DNA of 64,000 bases from an uncultured Sulfitobacter sp. (GTDB taxonomy: Bacteria; Pseudomonadota; Alphaproteobacteria; Rhodobacterales; Rhodobacteraceae): positions 4,921 through 68,920 of the forward strand of contig CALKXT010000018.1 in the NCBI GenBank assembly GCA_938003685.1, read 5' to 3'. Positions 31,608-42,539 of this stretch are shown one piece after another. The translations under genes were made by a program, and so were the position numbers. Under the pieces are notes generated by a model. That model was not told the origin of the DNA. It saw only the letters and a list, made by a program, of their open reading frames with translations, and made no database searches. Positions within the stretch are counted from its first letter, which is position 1. Each line of letters opens with the position of its first letter.

Positions 31608-33146
31608 TTACATAAAGCTGTCAGGCTCGGCAGCTTTTTTCTGCGCGACATAAGCATCCAACGCCTCGCGGATTGCAGGATCAATCGGAGGTTGCTGATA
31701 GTCGCTCAACATTTTCTCGACCCGCACGGTCGCCAAGGTTTGGGTGTCGCGCGCGCCTTCATCCTCCCATGTCTCAAAAGGTTTGTAATCCAGCAAGTCT
31801 GATTTCCAGAATGCCGACTTAAAATTCGCCTGCGTGTGCGCGCAGCCAAGATAGTGACCACCCGGCCCGACCTCGCGAATGGCGTCCATCGCCTGCGCGT
31901 TCTCGTCAATCTCAACGCCGCGCGCAATATGGTGCAAAGCGCCCAACTGGTCCGCATCCATTACGAACTTTTCAAACGAGCTGACCAAGCCGCCTTCGAG
32001 CCAACCGCAAGAATGCAGCATAAAGTTCACACCTGCCAGCAATCCCATATTCAGGCTGTTTGCGGTTTCATAGGCGGCCTGTGCATCAGGCAATTTTGAC
32101 CCACAAAACGATCCAGCAGAGCGGAATGGCAAGTTCATGCGGCGGGCCAACTGCCCTGCCCCATAGGTAATATGTGCAGCTTCCGGTGTCCCAAAGGTCG
32201 GCGCGCCTGAGTTCATATCAATCGAGGTCACAAATGCCCCCATCACAACCGGCGCACCGGGTTTGATAAGTTGGCTATAGGCAATACCCGCAAGCGCCTC
32301 GGCCATGACCTGCGTCAGCGTGCCCATGATCGACACAGGTGCCATCGCACCCCCGACAATAAACGGCGAAACAATACAGGCTTGGTTATTCTCCGCGTAA
32401 ACCTTGAGCGCGCCCATCATAACATCATCAAATGTCATCGGTGAGTTGATGTTGATCAGCGAGGTCATCACGGTGTTTTGCTGTACAAAGTCCTCACCAA
32501 AGAGGATGCTGCACATATCAACACTGTCCTGCGCACGACTTGGTTCTGTTACCGAGCCCATGAACGGTTTATCGCTCAGCGTCATATGTGCGTACAACAT
32601 ATCCAGATGGCGCTTGTTGACAGGCACATCAGTCGGTTCGCATACCGTGCCGCCCGAATGGTGCAGCCACTTGGACATATAGCCCAATTTCACAAACTTG
32701 TTGAAATCTGCCATCGTGGCGTAACGCCGACCACCCGCCACATCACGCACAAAAGGAGGGCCATACACGGGGGCCAACACAAGGTTTTTGCCCCCGACAA
32801 CAACATTGCGCGCCGGATTGCGGGCGTGCTGGGTATATTCCGACGGCGCTGTTTTGCACAATTCGCGCGCCAAGCCTTTGGGAATACGCACGCGGTCACC
32901 ATCAATGGATGCGCCTGCTGCGCGCCAAAGTTCAAGCGCCTCGGGATTGTCCGGGAAATTCACACCAATCTCTTCAAGGATGATGTCCGCGTTGCGCTCG
33001 ATGATATCAAGGGCTTCGTCGTTCAGCACTTCGTAGTTTGGGATATTGCGTTCAATGTACTTTGCCGTCTCAAACGACACTGCGCTACGCTCTGCGCGCC
33101 GTGCGGCACCTCCGCCGCCCCGTGCCCGTCGTGCTGATTCCGCCAT
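31608..33146 (-). CDS. trimethylamine methyltransferase family (MttB, non-pyrrolysine) protein
   Basis: APVYGPPFV, GGTVCEPTD, GAPTFGTPE, GWLEGGL, VGPGGHYLG; no in-frame amber codon. Confidence 0.88.
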   Translation of the reverse strand: MAESARRARGGGGAARRAERSAVSFETAKYIERNIPNYEVLNDEALDIIERNADIILEEIGVNFPDNPEALELWRAAGASIDGDRVRIPKGLARELCKTAPSEYTQHARNPARNVVVGGKNLVLAPVYGPPFVRDVAGGRRYATMADFNKFVKLGYMSKWLHHSGGTVCEPTDVPVNKRHLDMLYAHMTLSDKPFMGSVTEPSRAQDSVDMCSILFGEDFVQQNTVMTSLININSPMTFDDVMMGALKVYAENNQACIVSPFIVGGAMAPVSIMGTLTQVMAEALAGIAYSQLIKPGAPVVMGAFVTSIDMNSGAPTFGTPEAAHITYGAGQLARRMNLPFRSAGSFCGSKLPDAQAAYETANSLNMGLLAGVNFMLHSCGWLEGGLVSSFEKFVMDADQLGALHHIARGVEIDENAQAMDAIREVGPGGHYLGCAHTQANFKSAFWKSDLLDYKPFETWEDEGARDTQTLATVRVEKMLSDYQQPPIDPAIREALDAYVAQKKAAEPDSFM

Positions 33147-33361
33147 TTTTTGTCCCTCTTGTGTCAGATGTTGCCCCGTAGGTATCCCATTCATGTCCAC
33201 CCCTTCGCGCAGATAACGGCTAGACTGAGAAAAAAGCGACATCATCAGCGCATTGCAGGTCGTTTGCAGATCAAATGCACCATGCTGTTATCGCGTAAAG
33301 CCGCATCAGCTTTGCCACAGACCACTTGCCACTTTGGCCGCCCGCGCATAATCAGGCAGAC

Positions 33362-34936
33362 ATGACAGATATCACATCCCCCACCGACCATGACCGCCTG
33401 CTGATCATCGATTTTGGCAGCCAAGTAACGCAATTGATCGCCCGCCGTTTACGCGAGCTGAATGTGTTTTGCGAAATCCACCCTTTTAATGCGGTGACAG
33501 ACGCCTTTTTGGCCGACTTCGCACCCAAAGCGGTGATCTTTTCTGGAGGGCCATCTTCGGTCTTTGCGGATGGCGCACCAATGCCGCCAAAATCTGTGTT
33601 CGATCTTGGCGTGCCGATCCTAGGGATTTGTTACGGTCAACAGGTGATGATGCATTGCCTTGGTGGCAAGGTTGAACGTGGACACGGCACAGCCGAATTT
33701 GGTCGGGCCTATGTCACCCCAGAGGATCGCAAACTGGCGTTGCTTGAAGGGTGGTTTGAGGCAGAGCGCGAACAAGTCTGGATGAGCCACGGGGATCACG
33801 TCAGCGAAATTGCACCGGGTTTTGAGGTTTATGGCACCTCGCCTAACGCGCCTTTTGCGATAACTGGTGATACAAAGCGTGATTTTTACGCCGTGCAATT
33901 CCACCCTGAAGTCCATCACACGCCAAACGGCGCGAAACTGTATGAGAACTTTGTAAAGCTCGCCGGGTTCAAGGGTGATTGGACCATGAGCGCCTATCGC
34001 GAAGAAGCGATCGCTGCGATCCGCGAACAGGTTGGCGATCAAAAGGTGATCTGTGGGCTATCTGGCGGCGTGGATTCGTCCGTTGCCGCGGTTCTGATCC
34101 ATGAGGCGATTGGCGATCAACTGACCTGCGTCTTTGTCGATCACGGCTTGCTGCGTAAAGGTGAAGCCGAAGAAGTCGTGAAAATGTTTCGCGACAATTA
34201 CAACATGCCGTTGATCCATGCGGATGAGCAGGAATTGTTCTTGGGCGAACTTGACGGTCAAAGTGACCCCGAAACCAAACGAAAGATCATCGGCAAACTG
34301 TTCATCGACGTGTTCCAAAAACACGCCAAGGAAGTTGGTGATGCTAAATTCTTGGCCCAAGGGACATTGTACCCGGACGTTATCGAATCTGTTTCGTTCT
34401 CAGGTGGTCCAAGTGTCACCATCAAAAGCCACCACAATGTCGGTGGCCTGCCCGAAAAGATGGGCTTGAAACTGGTCGAACCCCTGCGCGAACTGTTCAA
34501 AGATGAAGTGCGCGCGCTGGGTCGTGAACTTGGCCTGCCCGCCAGTTTCATTGGGCGCCACCCCTTCCCCGGTCCCGGCCTTGCGATCCGCTGTCCCGGC
34601 GAAATCACCCGTCCGAAACTCGACATCCTGCGTGAGGCAGATGCGGTCTATATCGACCAGATCCGCAAACACGGTCTCTATGATGAAATCTGGCAAGCTT
34701 TTGTCGCGATCCTACCTGTGCGCACCGTTGGCGTCATGGGTGATGGCCGCACTTATGATTTTGCCTGTGCCTTGCGCGCGGTCACATCCGTCGATGGCAT
34801 GACGGCAGATTATTACCCGTTCAGCCATGAATTCTTGGGTGAAACCGCAACGCGCATCATCAACGAAGTCCCGGGCATCAACCGCGTGACCTATGATATC
34901 ACATCCAAGCCTCCGGGCACGATTGAATGGGAATAA
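33362..34936 (+). CDS. guaA: GMP synthase (glutamine-hydrolysing)
   Basis: [38 protein letters not shown]. Confidence 0.98.
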   Translation: MTDITSPTDHDRLLIIDFGSQVTQLIARRLRELNVFCEIHPFNAVTDAFLADFAPKAVIFSGGPSSVFADGAPMPPKSVFDLGVPILGICYGQQVMMHCLGGKVERGHGTAEFGRAYVTPEDRKLALLEGWFEAEREQVWMSHGDHVSEIAPGFEVYGTSPNAPFAITGDTKRDFYAVQFHPEVHHTPNGAKLYENFVKLAGFKGDWTMSAYREEAIAAIREQVGDQKVICGLSGGVDSSVAAVLIHEAIGDQLTCVFVDHGLLRKGEAEEVVKMFRDNYNMPLIHADEQELFLGELDGQSDPETKRKIIGKLFIDVFQKHAKEVGDAKFLAQGTLYPDVIESVSFSGGPSVTIKSHHNVGGLPEKMGLKLVEPLRELFKDEVRALGRELGLPASFIGRHPFPGPGLAIRCPGEITRPKLDILREADAVYIDQIRKHGLYDEIWQAFVAILPVRTVGVMGDGRTYDFACALRAVTSVDGMTADYYPFSHEFLGETATRIINEVPGINRVTYDITSKPPGTIEWE

Positions 34937-35577
34937 TTAAGCGCGTCATTCTATGGTGCACTTGTCTTGGTGTTGTGACACTCATTGGCATCACTATCGC
35001 TGCAATTTCTCTCACGATACGCCCCGCTGCTGAGTATAAAAGCGCCGATGTGATTGTTGTCTTTGGTGCGGGCATGTCGCCTGATGGCAGCTTACACGCC
35101 CCTAGCATTCGGCGTGTCAAACGAGGTGTTGAACTGTTCAATGCTGGCAAGGCGTCTAAAATGCATTTTACCGGCGGACGTGCTGTCCCAAATGGTCCGT
35201 CTGCGGGTGATCAAATGGCTGCTCTCGCGATTAAATTGGGCGTGCCTGACACTGCGATCACCCGCGAAACGGAATCACTATCGACACTTCAGAACGCACT
35301 GTATTCAGCGCCAGCTTTGACAAACACCACGTCAGCAATACTGGTCACCGAAGGGTTCCACCTGCCCCGTGCCGCCGTTGCATTGCTGTGGGCGGGCGGG
35401 CCATCTGACTTGCAACTTGCGACATCGACCCAATTTCGCGGCGGGATAAAATCTAGCGCTCGCATGATATTGCGCGAGGCCGCAGCATGGTGGTTCAACA
35501 CCGCGCGTGCATTTGGATATACAATAGGTGGCTGGATTGGTGTCTCAGAGGATATCCGCAAAGGATGGCTGGATTGA
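34927..35577 (+). CDS. YdcF/DUF218 family protein
   Basis: [32 protein letters not shown]. Confidence 0.82.
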   Translation: MGIIKRVILWCTCLGVVTLIGITIAAISLTIRPAAEYKSADVIVVFGAGMSPDGSLHAPSIRRVKRGVELFNAGKASKMHFTGGRAVPNGPSAGDQMAALAIKLGVPDTAITRETESLSTLQNALYSAPALTNTTSAILVTEGFHLPRAAVALLWAGGPSDLQLATSTQFRGGIKSSARMILREAAAWWFNTARAFGYTIGGWIGVSEDIRKGWLD

Positions 35578-36464
35578 CCTCACAACCTATCAACACCACC
35601 CTACGCGCTGCCCTATGGATGATTGGTGCAATAGCCTCGTTTTCAGCCATGGCCATTGCAGGCCGAGAGTTGGGCACTCGTTACGATACCTTTGAGATCA
35701 TGATGTACCGCAGTGCTTTTGGTGCGGTCGTTGTTATCATTCTTGCCTTTGCTACAGGCGCATGGCGCCAAATCAACACCCGTAACTTTGGCCAGCAAGT
35801 GGTGCGTAATCTGGCGCATTTTACTGGGCAAAATCTGTGGTTCTATGCCGTGACGGTGATCCCTTTGGCGCAGGTCTTTGCGCTTGAGTTCACATCACCA
35901 CTTTGGGTGATTGTCCTGTCGCCCCTGATCTTGGGCGAACGCCTCACCATGGTGCGCGGTATTGCGGCCATTATGGGGTTCATCGGCATTCTAATTGTCG
36001 CCCGCCCCAGCATTGAGGGGATCAACGCGGGCGTTATTTCAGCCGCGACATCCGCGATCTTTTTTGCCCTCACCATTATGTTCACCAAACGCCTGACCCG
36101 TACCCAAACCATCACTTGCATTTTGTTCTATCTAACCACCCTACAATTAATCTTTGGATTGATCGCTGCGGGCTTTGACGGCGATATTGCGTTGCCAGAC
36201 AGAGAAAGCTTGCCCTTGCTGGCGTTGATCGGTGCCTGCGGGTTGCTGGCGCATTATTGTTTGACCAATGCCCTGTCGATCGCACCCGCAACAGTTGTGG
36301 TGCCTATTGATTTTGTCCGCCTGCCGGTTATCGCTGTGCTAGGTATGTTGCTGTATAACGAGGCACTGGATATCTGGGTATTTGTGGGTGCTTTGGTGAT
36401 TTTCGCTGGTAATTACTTCAATATCTGGGTCGAAACGCGAAAAACTGTTGCGCAAAAGCCGTAA
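35574..36464 (+). CDS. DMT/EamA family transporter
   Basis: About 10 TM, duplicated EamA pattern (ILGER; LLYNE); start uncertain. Confidence 0.85.
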   Translation: MTSQPINTTLRAALWMIGAIASFSAMAIAGRELGTRYDTFEIMMYRSAFGAVVVIILAFATGAWRQINTRNFGQQVVRNLAHFTGQNLWFYAVTVIPLAQVFALEFTSPLWVIVLSPLILGERLTMVRGIAAIMGFIGILIVARPSIEGINAGVISAATSAIFFALTIMFTKRLTRTQTITCILFYLTTLQLIFGLIAAGFDGDIALPDRESLPLLALIGACGLLAHYCLTNALSIAPATVVVPIDFVRLPVIAVLGMLLYNEALDIWVFVGALVIFAGNYFNIWVETRKTVAQKP

Positions 36465-36595
36465 CGTAGGGTCACAACCTATACTTCCCTAGCGTAACTA
36501 ATTGACCGACAGGGGTTGAATTTCGTTATAACAGAACATCCCGCGCAAAATAGGTGTTTTGCACTGCGGCGACTGACTTCTGGGGAGGAGTAAAA

Positions 36596-37717
36596 ATGAA
36601 GAGATTTATTCTGGCTACAACAGCCCTTACCGCGTCCGCATTCGCCGCACAGGCTGGTGGTCTTGATCGCTCGAACCAAGATATCGGTATTATCTTTGAA
36701 AGTGGCAACCGCTTTGAGTTGAGCTTTGGGTCGGCCAACCCAAGTGTTGACGGCGGCGACGCGCGTACATTGGGCGGTGCAACTGGTAACGTCACTGGTG
36801 GTTTTAACGTCATCAGTGGCGCGCTACGGTATGAATTAAATGACCAGTGGTCTTTTGCCTTGATCGTGGATGAGCCATTTGGATCTGACATCAACTATCC
36901 GGCCATCCCCACGTCCACATCGTTTGGCGGCACAAAGGCTTCTGTGGACAGCATCGCACTGACCGCATTGGCCCGTTATAAATTCAACGACAGTTTCAGC
37001 GTTCATGGTGGTATCCGCTATCAAGAGATTGAAGCAGATGTGACATTGTCCGGTCTCGGTTACGGCCCGCTGAGCGGGTATCGTGGTCAATTTGAAGCAG
37101 ATGGTGGCGTTGGCTATGTCATTGGTGCCGCATTCGAAAAACCAGAGATCGCATTACGTGTCGCGCTGACATATCAGTCAAAGATCAACCATGATCTAAG
37201 CACAACAGAAACTGTTAGTGGTGCACCAGTCACAGCAGGGCCAAGCGATACGCGCGTGCAGACACCAGAAAGCCTGAACTTGGAATTCCAAAGCGGCATT
37301 GCAAAAGACACCTTGGTGTTCGGCTCGATCCGCTATGCACGTTACAGCGATACAATCGTGTCGCCAGCGTTTTTTGGCAGCCGTACAGGTGGCGCAAGCC
37401 TAACCGATATCGAAGATTCCACAGACTACGAAATTGGTATCGGTCGTCGCTTCAATGATCAGTGGTCCGGTTCGATCGCATTTGGTTACCAGCGGGAAAA
37501 TGGTGACAAACTTGTATCGCCACTCTCGCCTACAGATGGCGCAAAGTACGTGTCTCTTGGTGCCAAATTTCAGGCCTCCGAGCGCATGGATATCTCTGCG
37601 GGCATTCGCTACACCAAACTGGGTGATGCACAGGCTGCTACACGCGGCGTAGGTCAAGCGTCTTTCGCGAATAATGACGCCATTTCTGTAGGCTTCAAGA
37701 TTGGCTACAACTTCTAA
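36596..37717 (+). CDS. FadL/OmpP1-like outer membrane beta-barrel protein
   Basis: Signal peptide, AGGLDRSNQ N-terminus, DEPFG, C-terminal GYNF; GGAGGAG RBS. Confidence 0.8.
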   Translation: MKRFILATTALTASAFAAQAGGLDRSNQDIGIIFESGNRFELSFGSANPSVDGGDARTLGGATGNVTGGFNVISGALRYELNDQWSFALIVDEPFGSDINYPAIPTSTSFGGTKASVDSIALTALARYKFNDSFSVHGGIRYQEIEADVTLSGLGYGPLSGYRGQFEADGGVGYVIGAAFEKPEIALRVALTYQSKINHDLSTTETVSGAPVTAGPSDTRVQTPESLNLEFQSGIAKDTLVFGSIRYARYSDTIVSPAFFGSRTGGASLTDIEDSTDYEIGIGRRFNDQWSGSIAFGYQRENGDKLVSPLSPTDGAKYVSLGAKFQASERMDISAGIRYTKLGDAQAATRGVGQASFANNDAISVGFKIGYNF

Positions 37718-37737
37718 TCATAGCCAGACCAAACCAA

Positions 37738-37773
37738 AAGAAACCCGGCACAGCGATGTGTCGGGTTTTTTTG
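37738..37773 (+). terminator. intrinsic terminator
   Basis: aaacccggcaca-gcga-tgtgtcgggtttttt. Confidence 0.8.
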
Positions 37774-37828
37774 TGCCTTGCGCATGAACCGGGTCGCAAC
37801 ACCCGTAAGCTTTGGCTAAAGCTGCCTT

Positions 37829-38755
37829 ATGACAGATCAAAAAACCATCTCATCGCGCGCATGGGCAGAAATGCTGCTGCTGGCCCTGTTGTGGGGTGCG
37901 TCATTCTTAAGTGTACGTGTGGCCTTAGATGAAATCGGACCGCTGACATCTGTGGCACACCGCGTGGGATGGGCGATGATCGCGCTTTGGATTGCAGTCT
38001 TGGTGATGCGCTTGCCCCTACCCCGTGATCCACGCGTCTGGGGGGCTTTTTTGGTGATGGGCCTGATGAACAATGTGATCCCCTTTGGTCTTATGGCGTG
38101 GGGGCAATTGCATATCGAAAGCGGTTTGACCTCGATCCTCAATGCGGCAACGGCAATATTCGGGGTTTTGGCCGCCGCCATCTTTTTTGCAGATGAACGC
38201 CTGTCGATGCGCAAGGCCGTTGGTGTTGCGCTGGGGTTTGCCGGCGTTGCCACCGCAATTGGCCTCGAGAATCTACGTGACTTTGACATCCGTTCGCTTG
38301 CGCAATTGGCGGTGATCGCGGGCACTATTTCTTATGCCCTTGCTGGCGTTTGGGCGCGCAAAATGCTGGCCGGCCAACCACCGCAACTCGCAGCGGCTGG
38401 CATGGTAACAGGGGCGGCAGTGATCATGTTGCCCACCGCGTGGATCGTTGAAGGGCCGCTGACACTTAACCTTCAAACGCCGACATTGCTCGCGATTGGG
38501 TATTATTCACTGGCGGCAACTGCATTCGCCTATCTGCTCTATTACCGTGTGCTTGGCATGGCGGGCAGCGGCAATCTGATGCTGGTCACCCTCTTGGTTG
38601 CCCCAGTTGCTATCATTCTAGGGGCCTTGTTCCTGAACGAAACACTGCGCCCTGCCGCCTATGGCGGATTTGCATTGCTTGCACTTGGATTACTTGTGCT
38701 TGATGGCCGCATCTGGCGTCTGCTGCGTGGCTGGGGTAATCAGGGCAAAACCTGA
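37829..38755 (+). CDS. DMT/EamA family transporter
   Basis: LLWGASF, SGLTSILNA, FADER, FLNE. Confidence 0.87.
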   Translation: MTDQKTISSRAWAEMLLLALLWGASFLSVRVALDEIGPLTSVAHRVGWAMIALWIAVLVMRLPLPRDPRVWGAFLVMGLMNNVIPFGLMAWGQLHIESGLTSILNAATAIFGVLAAAIFFADERLSMRKAVGVALGFAGVATAIGLENLRDFDIRSLAQLAVIAGTISYALAGVWARKMLAGQPPQLAAAGMVTGAAVIMLPTAWIVEGPLTLNLQTPTLLAIGYYSLAATAFAYLLYYRVLGMAGSGNLMLVTLLVAPVAIILGALFLNETLRPAAYGGFALLALGLLVLDGRIWRLLRGWGNQGKT

Positions 38756-38772
38756 ACAACGGACCTGACGAT

Positions 38773-39621
38773 ATGCTGTATTCCTCTGCTCAAGAATGGC
38801 GCGATGCGCGGCACCGCAAAGTTTTGGTCTTTGCGATGTCCGGACTGGGTAAAACCCATCTTTCTGGGTTGCTGCGTGGGTCGTGCGATTGGTTTCACTA
38901 TTCCATCGATTACCGCATCGGTACGCGATATCTGGGTGAGACCATCACCGACAATGCCAAAGCCGAAGCCATGAAGGTGCCGTTTCTGCGCGATCTGTTA
39001 CTGAGCGATAGTATCTATATTGGCTCAAACATCACCTTTGAAAACCTGAGCCCCGTTGCCACATGGCTCGGCAAACCCGGTGATCCCGCAAAAGGTGGAC
39101 TGGCGATGGCTGAATACAGCAAACGCCAAGAGGCGTTTCGCGAGGCCGAGATCGCTGCGCTGATGGATACAGGGCACTTTGCGACACGCGCGCAATCCCT
39201 ATACGGATATGACCATTTCATATGTGATACCGGTGGTTCGATCTGTGAATGGGTTGATCCCTCAGACCCGGATGACCCTTTGCTCAACGCGCTATCCGAA
39301 GAATGTCTGCTGATCTGGATCAAAGGCGACGAGGCCCATACCCAAGAGTTGATCCGTCGATTTGACAAAGCGCCAAAACCAATGGCCTACCAGCCTGAGT
39401 TTCTACTGCGTGTATGGCAGGAATATCTTAAAGAAAACAACTGCTCAGAGGGTGATGTTGATCCAGATGCATTCATCCGTTGGACCTATGCCCAAGCCCT
39501 GTCGCATCGCCAGCCGCGCTATGAGGCGATGTCGACATGGGGCATCACAGTAACGGCGGATCAAATCAGCGCACTGCACGGTGAGGCCGACTTTGTCGAT
39601 TTGGTTGCAGACTGCCTTTGA
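38773..39621 (+). CDS. uncharacterised P-loop NTPase/kinase-fold protein
   Basis: Walker A-like AMSGLGKT, SIDYRIGTRY, FICDTGGS. Confidence 0.75.
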   Translation: MLYSSAQEWRDARHRKVLVFAMSGLGKTHLSGLLRGSCDWFHYSIDYRIGTRYLGETITDNAKAEAMKVPFLRDLLLSDSIYIGSNITFENLSPVATWLGKPGDPAKGGLAMAEYSKRQEAFREAEIAALMDTGHFATRAQSLYGYDHFICDTGGSICEWVDPSDPDDPLLNALSEECLLIWIKGDEAHTQELIRRFDKAPKPMAYQPEFLLRVWQEYLKENNCSEGDVDPDAFIRWTYAQALSHRQPRYEAMSTWGITVTADQISALHGEADFVDLVADCL

Positions 39622-39740
39622 CATCCCCACATAAACGGATCGAAAGATCACCACCTGTCTCAAGCACGTGATTGAGCCGGACTGGAAAACAGTTAACGAT
39701 CAAACTACCTATACGAGAACACCTACAAGGATACGTCCTC

Positions 39741-40658
39741 ATGCCTATCAAAATTCCAGCTGCCCTGCCCGCCTTTGACGTATTGTCGCAAGAAGGTGTG
39801 ATGGTTGTGGATGAAGATCTGGCGGCACGACAGGACATCCGGCCGTTGCGGATTGCGTTACTCAATTTGATGCCAAAAAAGATCCAAACCGAAAACCAGT
39901 TTGCCCGCTTGATTGGTGCCACGCCGTTGCAAATCGAACTGACACTGCTGCGCATGTCGGACCATCAGACACGCAATACCACAGCAGAGCATATGGAAAG
40001 CTTTTATCGGCCCTTTGACGAGGTAACCAATGAGAAATTTGATGGTTTGATCATCACAGGCGCACCCATTGAACATATTCCGTTCGATGATGTGACTTAT
40101 TGGGACGAACTGACCCGCGTGATGAACTGGACGCAGACCAATGTACATTCCACCTTTGGCGTCTGTTGGGGGGCGATGGCGATGATCCATCATTTCCATG
40201 GCGTGAAAAAGCACTTGTTGGACCACAAGGCATTTGGCTGTTTCCGCCATCAAAACCTTGTACCTGCATCACCATATCTGCGCGGCTTTTCTGACGATTG
40301 CGTCGTGCCTGTGTCGCGTTGGACAGAGATGAAACAGGACGAGGTTGATGCAAAACCTGCGTTAGTCACCTTACTGGGCAGTGATGAGGTTGGCCCCTGT
40401 TTGATCCAAGACCCGGATCATCGCGCCCTCTATGTCTTTAATCATTTTGAGTATGACCGCGATACGCTGAAACAAGAATATGATCGTGATGTGGCTGAAG
40501 GCGTACCAATCAATGTGCCGTGTAATTATTACCCCTCTGATGATCCAAGCGTGACACCGACCAATCGCTGGCGCAGTCACGCGCATCTGCTTTATGGCAA
40601 TTGGATCAATGAGATATATCAATCCACACCTTTCGAGATGAGTGATATTGGGCGTTAA
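39741..40658 (+). CDS. metA: homoserine O-acyltransferase MetA (probably O-acetyl)
   Basis: [31 protein letters not shown]. Confidence 0.95.
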   Translation: MPIKIPAALPAFDVLSQEGVMVVDEDLAARQDIRPLRIALLNLMPKKIQTENQFARLIGATPLQIELTLLRMSDHQTRNTTAEHMESFYRPFDEVTNEKFDGLIITGAPIEHIPFDDVTYWDELTRVMNWTQTNVHSTFGVCWGAMAMIHHFHGVKKHLLDHKAFGCFRHQNLVPASPYLRGFSDDCVVPVSRWTEMKQDEVDAKPALVTLLGSDEVGPCLIQDPDHRALYVFNHFEYDRDTLKQEYDRDVAEGVPINVPCNYYPSDDPSVTPTNRWRSHAHLLYGNWINEIYQSTPFEMSDIGR

Positions 40659-40659
40659 A

Positions 40660-41619
40660 ATGTTGACCTTTTTGGGCCTGATTGCCGCACTCGTTGCGGC
40701 GACACAGTGGCGTGCGTTCACACGTGAAGCTGCCGCTGAACGGGCATATCCGGTGACCGGGCAAATTATCACTGTCGACGGTGTCGCTGTGCATGCCCAA
40801 GTGATGGGATCAGGCCCTGATCTGGTGTTGATCCACGGTGCGAGCGGTAATTTACGTGACTTCACGTATCAGTTCACAGACCGCTTAACTGACAGCTACC
40901 GGGTTATTGCGTTTGATCGTCCCGGTTTGGGCTGGACCGATCGTTTGCCGGGGAACAAGGGCGCTTGGAATGCCAGTGCCGAGACACCCCAAGACCAAGC
41001 TGCAGTGTTGCAAAAAGCCGCTGACAAAATTGGCGTTAAGAACCCCATTGTGCTGGGGCATTCTTATGGCGGTGCTGTGGCTTTGGCTTGGGGGTTGGTG
41101 CGGACGGATGAAACAGCAGCGCTTGTTCTGGTGTCGGCTGCTGCTGAACCGTGGCCGGGTGACTTGGGCTGGCTCTATCAGGTGACCAGTTCGGGCCCGG
41201 GTGGCGCGTTACTGGTGCCGCTGGCGACTGCGTTCCTCCCCGAGAAAGCCGCAGATAGTAGTATTGTTGCCATCTTTGCACCACAAGACGTGCCGAAGGG
41301 CTACGCTGAATTTGTCGGCCCTGGCCTTACGCTGCGTCGGGAAAGCACACGTGCAAATGCGCAGCAAGTCAATGGGTTATTTCCTCATATCGTTGATATG
41401 AAAGCGCAATATCAGACACTGACCATGCCAATTGAAATGCTACACGGCGATGCCGACACCATTGTGCCAGCTGATATTCACGCCAAAGTGCTGATCAACG
41501 ATGTACCAAATGGGGCCCTCACCATGTTGCCGGGGATGGGTCACATGCCACATCATACTGACCCACAGGCCGTAGTCGATGCAATTGATCGTGCGGCATC
41601 ACGTGCGGGTTTGCGTTAA
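40660..41619 (+). CDS. alpha/beta hydrolase
   Basis: LIHGASG, DRPGLG, GHSYG nucleophile elbow, GH. Confidence 0.9.
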   Translation: MLTFLGLIAALVAATQWRAFTREAAAERAYPVTGQIITVDGVAVHAQVMGSGPDLVLIHGASGNLRDFTYQFTDRLTDSYRVIAFDRPGLGWTDRLPGNKGAWNASAETPQDQAAVLQKAADKIGVKNPIVLGHSYGGAVALAWGLVRTDETAALVLVSAAAEPWPGDLGWLYQVTSSGPGGALLVPLATAFLPEKAADSSIVAIFAPQDVPKGYAEFVGPGLTLRRESTRANAQQVNGLFPHIVDMKAQYQTLTMPIEMLHGDADTIVPADIHAKVLINDVPNGALTMLPGMGHMPHHTDPQAVVDAIDRAASRAGLR

Positions 41620-41669
41620 TCGCATTAACATCCCATATAGAGTTCAGACCTAAGTTTTCAGGAGGCCAC

Positions 41670-42539
41670 ATGGACCTGCCCTTTGATGGCGCGATCAGCG
41701 CGTTTTTTGAGAATGACGCGCCCAAGGATATCCGCGATGGCTTGCGCCGTGCGGACAAAGACGATGTATTAACATCCTCATATCCGCATTCTGAAAAGCT
41801 ATCTAGAAAGCGGTATGAAAAAGATTACGATAAATTGCAGATCGAATTGGTTAAGCTGCAATCATGGGTTCGCGACAGTGGCACACGCATCGCAATGGTG
41901 TTTGAAGGTCGTGATGCTGCTGGCAAAGGCGGCACCATCAGCCGTATCCGCGAAAACCTTAACCCACGTGCAGCCCGCGTTGTGGCCCTGTCTAAACCAA
42001 CTGAAACCGAACAAAGTGAATGGTATTTTCAGCGCTATATCAAGCACCTGCCCTCTGCCGGTGAAATCGTGTTCTTTGATCGTAGTTGGTACAACCGCGG
42101 TGTTGTGGAACCTGTGTTTGGCTTTTGCACCGATGCGCAGCGCGAACATTTCTTTACCCAAGTGAACCCGTTTGAAGCAATGCTGGCCGAAGATGGCACG
42201 TATATCTTCAAATTCTGGTTGAATGTCTGTCGCGGCGAACAATTGCGCCGCATGTTGGCACGAGAACGTGATCCCTTAAAGCAATGGAAACTGAGCAGCA
42301 TTGACGTCAAAGGCTTGGCGAAATGGGACGCTTATACAACAGCGATCCGTGACACGTTACAACGCACCCACACCGACGCTGCGCCTTGGACGATCATCCG
42401 ATCGGATGACAAACGCCGTGCGCGCCTAAATGCCATGCGTGTGGTGTTACATGCATTCGAGTACCCACAAAAAAACGCCAAAGCGATTGGTAAAATAGAC
42501 ACCACGATCTGTGGTGGACCGGACATCTGGGATGCCTAA
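41670..42539 (+). CDS. ppk2: polyphosphate kinase 2
   Basis: FEGRDAAGKGGTI, WYFQRY, FDRSWYNR. Confidence 0.95.
   Translation: MDLPFDGAISAFFENDAPKDIRDGLRRADKDDVLTSSYPHSEKLSRKRYEKDYDKLQIELVKLQSWVRDSGTRIAMVFEGRDAAGKGGTISRIRENLNPRAARVVALSKPTETEQSEWYFQRYIKHLPSAGEIVFFDRSWYNRGVVEPVFGFCTDAQREHFFTQVNPFEAMLAEDGTYIFKFWLNVCRGEQLRRMLARERDPLKQWKLSSIDVKGLAKWDAYTTAIRDTLQRTHTDAAPWTIIRSDDKRRARLNAMRVVLHAFEYPQKNAKAIGKIDTTICGGPDIWDA

Noticed and set aside
39630-39740. Canonical SAM-II riboswitch
   Set aside because: Core TTGCA and GCTAAA elements not found; kept only as an unclassified leader candidate.
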